This document shows positions 1-8,291 of a stretch of DNA of 33,850 nucleotides, piece by piece (the stretch's first letter is position 1; every line of letters starts with the position of its first letter). Made by a program: the position numbers and the translations under genes. The DNA is from Acutalibacteraceae bacterium (lineage in GTDB: Bacteria; Bacillota; Clostridia; Oscillospirales; Acutalibacteraceae): positions 1 through 33,850 of the forward strand of contig JAZOCQ010000154.1 of assembly GCA_045596565.1 (NCBI GenBank), written 5' to 3'. The notes under the pieces were generated by a model. It was not told the DNA's origin. It saw only the letters and a program-made list of their open reading frames with translations, and ran no database searches.

Positions 1-302
1 GCCAGCGCCACCTGTTCGGGGGTCAATTCAGACAAAATCGCAATACCGACTTTCGGTCCGACTCCCGACACAGTGGTGAGCATCTTGAAAGATGCCAATT
101 CATTTTTATCTGCAAAACCGAACAACTCCATCGCATCCTCACGGACGTTGAGCGTGGTATACAGCATCACTTCATTGCCCACAGCGGGCAGTTGTCTGGC
201 TGTGTTAAAGGTGATTTGACAAGCCATACCCAAACCGCCGCATTCTACCACCGCCAGTTTCGGTTCTACGTGGGTCAATTTACCGCGCACACTGTATATC
301 AT
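1..302 (-). CDS. ruvA: Holliday junction branch-migration protein RuvA, N-terminal ~100 aa (3' end runs off the window)
   Basis: My own reverse-strand translation from ATG 302-300 reads MIYSVRGKLTHVEPKLAVVECGGLGMACQITFNTARQLPAVGNEVMLYTTLNVREDAMELFGFADKNELASFKMLTTVSGVGPKVGIAILSELTPEQVALA. This fits the RuvA OB-fold plus the first helix-hairpin-helix (GVGPK). The start overlaps the ruvC stop (ATGA). It is absent from the ORF track because it is truncated at the window edge. Confidence 0.85.
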   Translation of the reverse strand, partial: MIYSVRGKLTHVEPKLAVVECGGLGMACQITFNTARQLPAVGNEVMLYTTLNVREDAMELFGFADKNELASFKMLTTVSGVGPKVGIAILSELTPEQVAL

Positions 303-814
303 ATCCTTTTCCCTCGCATTTCCAGCAAAGAATTTTTCACCGCCGAGCCGCCGTACTGTGCGTGGCAAATTGCCATCGCAAGCGCGTCAGCGGTATCGTC
401 GGGTTTAGGCACCGCTTTGAGCCGTAACAAACGGCGGGTCATTTCCATTACCTGCGGTTTTTGAGCTTGTCCGTAACCGGTAACGGCACTTTTCACCTGC
501 AACGGCGTGTACTCATAAAACGGCACGCCTCCCTGCTGTAACGCGAGCAAAATCACCCCGCGTGCCTGCGCTACCTCAATGGCAGTTTTCTGGTTGTTCT
601 GAAAATATAATTTCTCCACCGACGCCACGTCGGGATGATAGCGTTCGATAACCGCCGCAAGGTCGTTGTGAATTTTTTCCAGACGTGCCGGAAACGGCGT
701 TCCCGCCTTGGTAATAACGGCCCCGAAATCAATCGGTGAAAACCTGCCTCTCTCGTATTGAATGACACCCCAACCGACAATTGCATAGCCGGGGTCAATG
801 CCGAGAATGACCAT
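299..814 (-). CDS. ruvC: Crossover junction endodeoxyribonuclease RuvC
   Basis: Track ORF 299..832. I prefer the ATG at 814, which is preceded by GGGAGGTG. MVILGIDPGYAIVGWGVI at the N-terminus and DDTADALAMAICH near the C-terminus are the RuvC acidic catalytic motifs. It sits directly upstream of ruvA. Confidence 0.9.
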   Translation of the reverse strand: MVILGIDPGYAIVGWGVIQYERGRFSPIDFGAVITKAGTPFPARLEKIHNDLAAVIERYHPDVASVEKLYFQNNQKTAIEVAQARGVILLALQQGGVPFYEYTPLQVKSAVTGYGQAQKPQVMEMTRRLLRLKAVPKPDDTADALAMAICHAQYGGSAVKNSLLEMRGKRI

Positions 815-928
815 GTTTTCACCTCCCAACACTTTCGCATGGTACTATCTAAAACAGTATAACATATATCTGCAAAAAATGCAAAACTTTCCGTTAATTT
901 TCTTACATATTTTATAAAAAAATTATAG

Positions 929-957
929 TTGCCATAAAAGCTGTTTTCGTGTATACT
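929..957 (+). promoter_or_regulatory. Sigma-A-type promoter for the desulfurase/thiI operon
   Basis: TTGCCA (929-934), a 17-nt spacer, then TATACT (952-957), just upstream of the first CDS. Confidence 0.45.
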
Positions 958-967
958 GTACTTAATT

Positions 968-2146
968 ATGGATTATGGAGTTGTATGCTTGAAAATCATC
1001 TATTTAGACAACAGTGCTACCACCGCCGTGTGCCCGCAAGCGACACAAAAAGCGGTACATATGATGCAGGAATGTTACGGCAACCCCTCCTCTTTGCACC
1101 GTTTAGGATTTGAAGCGGAAAAAGAAATAAACGCCGCCAGAGAAACGGTTGCCTCTATGATGGGGGTGCCCGCCCGCGACGTATATTTCACTTCGGGCGG
1201 TACCGAGGCAAACAACACCGCTGTTTTGGGTGCCGCCAGAGCACTTGCACGGCGCGGCAAACACGTCGTCACCACCGCGGTGGAACATTCCTCGATTGCG
1301 GCAGCGTGCGACTTGCTGGAACAAGAAGGATTTGAAGTCACACGACTTATGCCCGACCAAAACGGCTGTATTACACCCGCGGCAATTGCCGCCGCTTGCC
1401 GAGAGGACACCATTTTGGTATCGGTAATGTTGGTCAATAACGAAACGGGCGCACGGTTCCATCCCGAACTGGCAGTCCCGCTCATTCGCAAACGCGCCCC
1501 GCTCGCTTTCATTCACTGCGATGCCGTACAAGCCGCGGGCAAACTGCCGTTATATGGCGCAAAGTGGCAACTGGATGCCATGACCGTTTCCGCGCATAAA
1601 CTGCACGGCCCGAAAGGTTGCGGTGCGTTATATTTGCGGCGCGGCGCACGGATGAAACCGTTACTGCTGGGTGGTAAACAACAAGACGGTGTGCGTCCCG
1701 GCACCGAGGCTACACCACTGATTGCCGCTTTCGGTGCAGCGGTACAAGCGCTGCCGCCCGTATCTGCACAAGCAGAACTTTTTAAGACCTTACAGGACCG
1801 TTTGGTACAGCGCTTAACAACGCTGGATGGCGTTGTACTGCATTTGCCGCAAGACGGCGTGCCGTATATCATACACTTGTCTGCGGTAGGATTGCGCAGT
1901 GAAACAGTGTTGCACTTCTTGTCCGAACGCAACATTTTCGTGTCCAGCGGTTCTGCTTGCGCGAAAGGTGCAAAAAGTCCGGTGCTAACCGCTATGGGTC
2001 TGCCCGCAGCGGAAATTGACAGCGCTATCCGCGTCAGCTTATGTCATACCAATACTGCAGAGGATATCGACGCCTTTGCCGATACCCTTGCGCTGGCTAT
2101 TCAATCTATTGCAAGAAAAAAAGGAGTTTCCGGTTATGAATCGTGA
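968..2146 (+). CDS. Cysteine desulfurase, class V aminotransferase (NifS/IscS/NifZ-like, ThiI-associated)
   Basis: IYLDNSATT near the N-terminus, SAHKLHGPKG (PLP-binding lysine) and SSGSACA (catalytic Cys loop). It shares an operon with thiI. The start is either ATG 968 or TTG 989, which lies 8 nt after GGAG at 977-980. Confidence 0.88.
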   Translation: MDYGVVCLKIIYLDNSATTAVCPQATQKAVHMMQECYGNPSSLHRLGFEAEKEINAARETVASMMGVPARDVYFTSGGTEANNTAVLGAARALARRGKHVVTTAVEHSSIAAACDLLEQEGFEVTRLMPDQNGCITPAAIAAACREDTILVSVMLVNNETGARFHPELAVPLIRKRAPLAFIHCDAVQAAGKLPLYGAKWQLDAMTVSAHKLHGPKGCGALYLRRGARMKPLLLGGKQQDGVRPGTEATPLIAAFGAAVQALPPVSAQAELFKTLQDRLVQRLTTLDGVVLHLPQDGVPYIIHLSAVGLRSETVLHFLSERNIFVSSGSACAKGAKSPVLTAMGLPAAEIDSAIRVSLCHTNTAEDIDAFADTLALAIQSIARKKGVSGYES

Positions 2147-3848
2147 TTTTGACAAAAGAGAATATTCCGAGACGGAACAAGACGTATGGGACTTGCTGAA
2201 AAAACCACAGGAAGAAACCGTACCGTCGGATACGCAATATCATGAACAAGAGCTCGATGAAAAATCGTTACCGAAATTACCAGATACCTTGGACGCCGAT
2301 TTCTCCGATGTGCCACTGATTTTTCCTTTGGATGACGAGCAACCGGATTATACGGAGTTGGAAGTGATTGCCCCGTCACAAGAGGATACCACTGCCAACC
2401 AAGAGGAACAGGACAAGCCTCGGACTTTCGGTGAACATTTGCGCCGGCTTTTTCCGTCTAAAACAGATAGCGTTACTGAAAAAATACGCAAATGCGTAGT
2501 TTTGGTCTGCTTGCCGCTATGCATTGTTTCCCTATGCTTTTTGAGTTTTTACATGGTCATTGAGCCAAAACAAGTAGAGAACAGTAACCAATACTATACA
2601 TCACTGTATACCGAACCAACGGACGATACAACCACTAACGCCAATAACTATCCCGACGGGATGCAACTGTCTTTCCGTCGGTTATACGACGTCAACCCCG
2701 ACATCGCGGGTTGGTTGACGTTTACATCCACCGATACAGATGCTTTTTTGGATATCAATCTGCCGGTGGTACATTGCAACAATAACAGTACGTATCTATC
2801 CCGCTCGTTCGACGGCAAAAGAAGTCGTTCCGGCACGCTGTTCTTTGATGCGAGCAACGTCATTTCCAAAGATGTCGATAACAAAGTCAGCATCATCTAC
2901 GGCCACAACATGACAAGCGGTGCGATGTTCGCGGGTTTGAACAAACTGGTAAACAATCTCTACCGCGCACGCGCCGCAACCAACATCTCTCTCAACACAC
3001 TGTACGGTAACCAATATTACCAGGTGTTTGCGGTATTTGTGTCTGATGAAGACGCTACAAATGACACCTATTTCCCCTATTTGCGCACCGCGTTCGGCTC
3101 AGAAGAAGAATTTCTCGATTATGTCAACAATTTACGTGCACGCTCTATGTATGATTATCCCGTCACCGTCAGCGGTGATGACCAACTGCTGATTTTATCC
3201 ACCTGCACCAATAAAAGTCAGGTGAAACTCAGCAACGGCAGATTGGTCATCGTGGCGCGACGCGTCAAAAAAGGCGAAAATTTGCTGATGAATACCAACA
3301 AAATCGTGCAAAATGAAGACGTGATTATGCCGTACGCTTGGTATGCCGCGCATCAACTGTCCCCCCACGCGTATTACACGGAAAAAGACTATATGTTGGG
3401 AGAAGAGGACAATGGTGTGACCACTCCTCCTCTGACCGACGACACTGACGCGGAAACTACCACCACCAAGGACTCTGACGATACGGAAAACACCTCCGGC
3501 AACAGAACAACAACCACAAAGAGAGGAAATAAAACCACCAGCATACCTTCCTACAGAACATCGGTGCGCAACAACCGTACCACCACTACTGCTTCTTCTA
3601 CTACTGCCGCTACTAACGGTAAGACCGTTGCCGCAAATTCTACAACGACAACGACTACTACAACCACTGCCGGCGAACAAACAACCCCCTCTGAACAACA
3701 AACGACTCCCACTGAACAAGAAGCAACTACAACTACCACCACAGAAGAACAAACCACTGCCGCCTCACAAGAAGAAACGACCACCTCAACAACTACAACC
3801 ACCACCGAAAGCGAAACTTTGCAAACAGAAGGGACTCCAGATGAGTAA
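2136..3848 (+). CDS. Class B sortase-like membrane protein with an acidic N-terminal region and a Thr-rich C-terminal tail
   Basis: Track ORF 2016..3848. I prefer ATG 2136 (MNRDFDK), which follows AAAGGAG and overlaps the desulfurase stop. There is one TM segment (CVVLVCLPLCIVSLCFLSFYMVI). SrtB-like motifs are NPDIAGWL, IIYGHNM (His codon 2904-2906), LSTCT (Cys codon 3204-3206) and GRLVIVARR (Arg codon 3240-3242). About 140 aa of T/E/Q-rich low complexity follow. Confidence 0.7.
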   Translation: MNRDFDKREYSETEQDVWDLLKKPQEETVPSDTQYHEQELDEKSLPKLPDTLDADFSDVPLIFPLDDEQPDYTELEVIAPSQEDTTANQEEQDKPRTFGEHLRRLFPSKTDSVTEKIRKCVVLVCLPLCIVSLCFLSFYMVIEPKQVENSNQYYTSLYTEPTDDTTTNANNYPDGMQLSFRRLYDVNPDIAGWLTFTSTDTDAFLDINLPVVHCNNNSTYLSRSFDGKRSRSGTLFFDASNVISKDVDNKVSIIYGHNMTSGAMFAGLNKLVNNLYRARAATNISLNTLYGNQYYQVFAVFVSDEDATNDTYFPYLRTAFGSEEEFLDYVNNLRARSMYDYPVTVSGDDQLLILSTCTNKSQVKLSNGRLVIVARRVKKGENLLMNTNKIVQNEDVIMPYAWYAAHQLSPHAYYTEKDYMLGEEDNGVTTPPLTDDTDAETTTTKDSDDTENTSGNRTTTTKRGNKTTSIPSYRTSVRNNRTTTTASSTTAATNGKTVAANSTTTTTTTTTAGEQTTPSEQQTTPTEQEATTTTTTEEQTTAASQEETTTSTTTTTTESETLQTEGTPDE

Positions 3849-5022
3849 TACTACTTTGAAAGAAATTTTACTGATAAAAAACGGAGAGTTGGCACTCAAA
3901 GGTTTAAACCGCGGTACTTTTGAAGCCGTTCTCGTGAAAAATCTGCGATATCGTCTGCGCAAACTCGGACAGTTTACCATCCGCAAAGCACAGTCCACCA
4001 TTTATATTGAGCCCACCACCCCCGACGCGGATTTGGATGCGGCTGTGGACGCGGTGTCCCGCGTGTTCGGCATTGCGGGATTTTCCCGCGCTTGCGTCAC
4101 CGAAAAAGATATGAACGCCATCGGAGAAGCCGCCATTGGGTATCTCGAAACCGAATTATACGGTGCTTCCACCTTTAAAGTAGAGTCCAAACGTGCCGAC
4201 AAAGCATTTCCCTTTACCTCTCCTGAAATCAGCCGCGAAATCGGCGGTAAAATTTTAGAACATTACCCGCATCTCCGTGTGGACGTGCACAACCCCGATA
4301 TTACGGTGTATGTGGAAATCCGTGATTTTGGCGCGTATGTGCACGCACCGCAACTACCCGGTGCGGGCGGTATGCCGGTAGGTACCGGCGGTAAATGCGG
4401 TATTCTCATTTCCGGCGGTATCGACTCTCCCGTCGCCGCTTATATGATGGCAAAACGCGGTATTGAACTGACCGGCATTCATTTCGCCTCTCCTCCGTAC
4501 ACCAGTGAACGCGCCGAGCAAAAGGTTATCGACCTTTTAAAACAGGTTTCCACCTATGCGGGACGTATTCCGTTGCATATCGTGCCGTTCACCCATATTC
4601 AAGAAGAAATCCAGCGTAATTGCCCCGAGGAATATTTCACGCTGATTATGCGGCGATTTATGATGCGGCTTGCCTGTCGTATCGCCAAAACACAAGGTTG
4701 CGGCGCACTTATCACGGGTGAAAGCGTCGGACAGGTCGCCAGCCAAACCATTCCCGCGCTCGCTTGTACCGATGCCGTCACCGACCTGCCGATGTTCCGT
4801 CCGGTTATTGGTATGGACAAAGAAGAAATCGTTCGTATTTCCCGTAAAATCGGCACGTTTGATATTTCCATTCAACCGTTTGAGGATTGCTGTACCGTAT
4901 TTACACCGCGCCACCCCTGCACACGTCCCAAGGTAGACGCCGTTGCCAAAGCGGAAAGCGTGTTAGACGTTGACGGATTGGTAGAGGAAGCGTTGGCAGA
5001 CGTGCGTGTTATAAGAATTTAA
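3841..5022 (+). CDS. thiI: tRNA 4-thiouridine(8) synthase ThiI (short form, no rhodanese domain)
   Basis: Track ORF 3628..5022. The real start is ATG 3841 (MSNTTLKEILLIKNGELALKG), which overlaps the upstream stop (ATGAGTAA). It has the THUMP-like N-terminal region and the PP-loop ILISGGIDSPVAAY. At 393 aa it is typical of Firmicute ThiI. Confidence 0.9.
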   Translation: MSNTTLKEILLIKNGELALKGLNRGTFEAVLVKNLRYRLRKLGQFTIRKAQSTIYIEPTTPDADLDAAVDAVSRVFGIAGFSRACVTEKDMNAIGEAAIGYLETELYGASTFKVESKRADKAFPFTSPEISREIGGKILEHYPHLRVDVHNPDITVYVEIRDFGAYVHAPQLPGAGGMPVGTGGKCGILISGGIDSPVAAYMMAKRGIELTGIHFASPPYTSERAEQKVIDLLKQVSTYAGRIPLHIVPFTHIQEEIQRNCPEEYFTLIMRRFMMRLACRIAKTQGCGALITGESVGQVASQTIPALACTDAVTDLPMFRPVIGMDKEEIVRISRKIGTFDISIQPFEDCCTVFTPRHPCTRPKVDAVAKAESVLDVDGLVEEALADVRVIRI

Positions 5023-5048
5023 CTATTTTCAGTGAAAGGAGAAGCAGT

Positions 5049-6788
5049 ATGGCACAAACAGTATCTGCTGTCATTCATCAAACCGCGCAAAAAGTGGTAG
5101 ACATTTTATGTGCAAAAACACTTACTATTTCCACAGCAGAATCCTGCACTGCCGGTCTACTGTCCGCCGCCATCACCGAGATAGCAGGCGCATCTGCCGT
5201 GTTCGGTTGCGGAATTGCGGCATATTCTCCCACTATTAAACAACAACTCTTAGAGGTGCCCGCCGCCATATTGGAAGCGCACGGCACTGTCAGTTCTGAA
5301 ACCGCCGCCGCTATGGCAGACGGTGTGCGCCGTAAAAGCGGCGCGGATATAGGCGTCGCCATCACCGGTGTAGCGGGCCCCGCGCCCAGCGAGGGAAAAC
5401 CCGTGGGCACAGTACACATTGCACTTGCCGACAAGCAGCGCGTTTGGCTGACGAGATTACCGGAACAAGAAGGCGTACAAACGCGCGACAACATTCGCAA
5501 CGCCGCCGTGTTGGCCGCTCTTACTTTGGTGTTACAATATGCAGAAAATTTCCCGCTGATGATGGCGGGCAGTATACCGATTGTGGCATCGGAAAAAGCA
5601 CAAGTGGTCATCCCCGAACAACCGGCTACCCATCAGCGCAAACGCTTTTTGGCCACCGTTTTGCCGTGGCAAGGCGACTCCTTCAAAGAGCGAGCGTTTA
5701 AAATGGGCGGCATTTTTGCCGCGCTGTGCGTATTGACAGGCATCGTATCCGGCGGATATCAACTGTTTTCAGAAAGCGGAAACCGCTCATTATACAGCGA
5801 CCTGCAAAATATGTATACCACCGAACAATCCCAAACACAAACGTCCTTTGACCCCCATACTATTCTTCCGCGTTTTTCCTCGTTGGCGCTGCAAAACGCC
5901 GACATAGGTGGTTGGATACGTATTGCCAATACCGGCATCAACTATCCCGTGATGAAAAACGCCGGCAGTAATTATTATGCTGACCACAATTTCCGTCAGC
6001 AGTCGTCTGCCTACGGCGTACCATACTTCGATACCAATAACCATTTGGGTGCTACCGATAAGCAGGACAAGGTTTTGGTCATCTATGGTAACAATACGGG
6101 AGACGGACAGATGTTCTCGGATTTACTGTCCTACCGCGAAGCCTCCTTTTTCAAAAAACACGCGGTAGTAGAAATGAGCACGTTGTATGCGGCTGAACAA
6201 TGGGAGCTGTTTGCCGTTATGGTCATCGACCCGCAAGAGGTCAACGCATTTCCGTTTAACCAAACCGCATTTGAAGACGAAACGGCGTTTACCGACCACA
6301 TTGCGGGAATCCGCAAACGTTCCTTATTCAACACCAACGTCACCGTCAATGCCGACGACCATCTGCTTGTATTGGTGACCCAAGCGGAAAAGACGTACGG
6401 ATTTGACGGCGCAACCTTTGTGGTAGTAGGTAAACGACTGAGTCAGTCGGATGCGGCGAGCGAAAAAGAAACCTTAACCGTCACCAAAAACCAAACGGTG
6501 ATTATGCCGCGCGCGTGGGTGCGAAATCAACAACACATCGTCACCAAGCACACCACCGCCACCGAGACGCAAAGCACCACTACCAATACACAAAGCACGA
6601 CCACCACTAAGGCAGAAACAACCACAAACCCCACCTCTGCCACCACCGATATGCAACCGTCAACCACTGACAGCAGTACCCCCACCGACGATACAACGAC
6701 CACGCAGGTTACTACCACCGTGGATACCACTATCGCACAATCGCAAGCAACCACAACCACGGTGGCCGACCTGTCAGACGATACATAA
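5049..6788 (+). CDS. Fusion protein: CinA C-terminal (PncC/NMN-deamidase-like) domain + TM segment + sortase-B-like domain lacking the catalytic triad + Thr-rich tail
   Basis: RBS AAAGGAG lies upstream. Residues ~1-165 match the CinA-C/PncC domain (TISTAESCTAGLLSAAITEIAGAS...GVAITGVAGPAPSEGKPVGTVHIAL). A TM segment follows (GGIFAALCVLTGIVSGGYQLF). The next region is paralogous to ORF 2136..3848 (NADIGGWIRIANTGINYPV, VLVIYGNNT, LLVLVTQA, TFVVVGKRL). The C-terminus is a T-rich tail. Confidence 0.7.
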   Translation: MAQTVSAVIHQTAQKVVDILCAKTLTISTAESCTAGLLSAAITEIAGASAVFGCGIAAYSPTIKQQLLEVPAAILEAHGTVSSETAAAMADGVRRKSGADIGVAITGVAGPAPSEGKPVGTVHIALADKQRVWLTRLPEQEGVQTRDNIRNAAVLAALTLVLQYAENFPLMMAGSIPIVASEKAQVVIPEQPATHQRKRFLATVLPWQGDSFKERAFKMGGIFAALCVLTGIVSGGYQLFSESGNRSLYSDLQNMYTTEQSQTQTSFDPHTILPRFSSLALQNADIGGWIRIANTGINYPVMKNAGSNYYADHNFRQQSSAYGVPYFDTNNHLGATDKQDKVLVIYGNNTGDGQMFSDLLSYREASFFKKHAVVEMSTLYAAEQWELFAVMVIDPQEVNAFPFNQTAFEDETAFTDHIAGIRKRSLFNTNVTVNADDHLLVLVTQAEKTYGFDGATFVVVGKRLSQSDAASEKETLTVTKNQTVIMPRAWVRNQQHIVTKHTTATETQSTTTNTQSTTTTKAETTTNPTSATTDMQPSTTDSSTPTDDTTTTQVTTTVDTTIAQSQATTTTVADLSDDT

Positions 6789-6791
6789 AAA

Positions 6792-6824
6792 AAAGCGGTT
6801 TCGCCGTTATGGCGAAACCGCTTT
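6792..6824. terminator. Bidirectional rho-independent terminator
   Basis: AAAGCGGTTTCGCC (6792-6805), loop GTTAT, GGCGAAACCGCTTT (6811-6824). A/T runs flank both sides. It lies between convergent genes. Confidence 0.8.
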
Positions 6825-6828
6825 ACAT

Positions 6829-7455
6829 TTATTCCGTTTTTTGTTTTTCCCAAGGAATGATGCACAGTGCTTCTGCTATCGGCTCTCGCATCCACAAGGA
6901 AGGTGTGATGCGCAATGTAAATCCATTACCTGCATTCGCCACACAATCCCCCATGGGTAATTTCGGTAACGCATAAGTCATCATCAACATCATGATGACA
7001 CCGCCGTGGGTGCAAATAACCGCCTCGGTATCTCCGCTGCGCATCAATTCTTCCACCACCGCCTCAAAAGCCGCGGTTACCCGCCCGCGAAACGCCTCGG
7101 TGGACTCGCCGCCCGGAATGGTTTGGCAAGTGCCCTCCATCCATTCCAAAAAAGCGGCGCTGTTTTTAAGTTGCGCAATACTTTTGCCTTCCCATTCGCC
7201 AAAATCACATTCGGTTAATCCTTCTACCACTTCCAATTGCGCTTGCGGATACAACACCTTCATCGTCTGCTTACAACGATTGAGCGGCGCAGTGAAAAAC
7301 CGTGCGGCACCGGGATATTCCATCTCTTCTTTTAGGGTTAAGAGTTCTTTTAACCCCTCCGGCGACAACGGTAAATCGGTGCGCCCTATGTATAACCCTT
7401 CTGCGTTCGCGGCGGTTTGTCCGTGGCGAATGAGGTGAATTTTGTAAGTTTTCAT
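6829..7455 (-). CDS. Histidine phosphatase family protein (phosphoglycerate mutase / CobC-like)
   Basis: The IHLIRHGQTAANAEG motif (RHG catalytic His) is followed by GRTDLPLSPEG. I prefer ATG 7455, which lies 8 nt after AGGAGG. Confidence 0.75.
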   Translation of the reverse strand: MKTYKIHLIRHGQTAANAEGLYIGRTDLPLSPEGLKELLTLKEEMEYPGAARFFTAPLNRCKQTMKVLYPQAQLEVVEGLTECDFGEWEGKSIAQLKNSAAFLEWMEGTCQTIPGGESTEAFRGRVTAAFEAVVEELMRSGDTEAVICTHGGVIMMLMMTYALPKLPMGDCVANAGNGFTLRITPSLWMREPIAEALCIIPWEKQKTE

Positions 7456-7488
7456 CAAAATTTCCTCCTAATTGTTGCAATTTGACGA

Positions 7489-7517
7489 TTTACAAATGGT
7501 ATCATTTGTTATATAAT
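7489..7517 (+). promoter_or_regulatory. Sigma-A-type promoter with an embedded palindrome (candidate operator) for the XRE regulator
   Basis: TTTACA (7489-7494), a 17-nt spacer, then TATAAT (7512-7517). The spacer carries ACAAAT-N6-ATTTGT (7493-7510). Confidence 0.45.
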
Positions 7518-7563
7518 AATTAAACTCACTGTAATTTTTTAAAAACCATTTGGAGGATTCCCC

Positions 7564-8256
7564 ATGAACAGTACATTCCCGCGGCTGATTACCCTTTTGC
7601 GTAAAGAGCAAGGTATCAGCCAGAAAAAAGCGTCTGCGGACCTCGGTATTTCGCAAGCGTTACTCTCCCACTACGAAAAAGGTATTCGGGAATGCGGTTT
7701 GAATTTTGTCGTGCGTGTCGCCGATTACTACGGCGTTTCTTGTGACTACCTACTGGGCCGCACCGCTGATAAAAGCGGCGCGATGATTGCAGTAGATGAT
7801 ATCCCGGAAAACGACCCCTCGATACAGGACAGCCGTTTAAGAGGCGGCGTACTGCCGGTTCTCAATAAAAAACTGGTTGTCAATTCTCTGCACATTCTAT
7901 TTGATATGTTGCAAAAATGCAACAACAAAGCACTCACTACCGATGTATCGACAGCACTCACCCTGACGGTATACGCACTGTTCAGACAAATCTATGCTGC
8001 CAACCCCAAAAATCCGTCCGCCATGTTTTCGGTGGATAAATACTTATTCCAATCTGCCGCTATTGCAGAAATCAGCAAATCCATCGCCCGCAGCGGTGAA
8101 TTGGCGCGTGGTAAGAACGTAAGCGGTCTGGAAGGCGTAAAAGCGGAGGACTTACCGGATATCCTTCCGGATGATATTGCACGGCAATATCCCATGTTCT
8201 CCACATCTCTGCTCAACTTGTTGCGCAACGCAGAAACCTATATGCAAGGACAATAA
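7564..8256 (+). CDS. XRE-family helix-turn-helix transcriptional regulator with an uncharacterised C-terminal domain
   Basis: RBS GGAGG lies upstream. The N-terminal sequence LRKEQGISQKKASADLGISQALLSHYEKGIRECGLNFVVRVADYYGVSCDYLLGRT is a typical Cro/C1-type HTH. Confidence 0.8.
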   Translation: MNSTFPRLITLLRKEQGISQKKASADLGISQALLSHYEKGIRECGLNFVVRVADYYGVSCDYLLGRTADKSGAMIAVDDIPENDPSIQDSRLRGGVLPVLNKKLVVNSLHILFDMLQKCNNKALTTDVSTALTLTVYALFRQIYAANPKNPSAMFSVDKYLFQSAAIAEISKSIARSGELARGKNVSGLEGVKAEDLPDILPDDIARQYPMFSTSLLNLLRNAETYMQGQ

Positions 8257-8265
8257 CGCATCTTT

Positions 8266-8291
8266 AAAAACTGCCGAAAGGCAGTTTTTTT
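8266..8291. terminator. Bidirectional rho-independent terminator
   Basis: AAAAACTGCC, loop GAAA, GGCAGTTTTT. It is followed by T-runs on both strands and lies between convergent genes. Confidence 0.8.

Noticed and set aside
192-464. A 90-aa plus-strand ORF across the ruvA/ruvC junction.
   Set aside because: It is antisense to two clearly recognisable Ruv genes and has no independent support.
3551-3805. Poly-Val ORFs on the opposite strand of the Thr-rich regions (3551..3805, 3195..3752, 6527..6895, 10853..11251, 23944..24447).
   Set aside because: They are the antisense reading of ACN-rich threonine tracts (ACC read backwards gives GGT/GTN). They lack an RBS and lie entirely inside well-supported genes on the other strand.
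3628-3840. The long N-terminal extensions in the track for thiI (from 3628), the sortase-like gene (from 2016), cpsB (from 17237), the ABC exporter (from 20697) and others.
   Set aside because: The extensions overlap upstream genes in another frame and translate to low-complexity or implausible sequence. Internal ATG, GTG or TTG codons with good GGAGG-type RBSs coincide with the conserved N-termini of the families.
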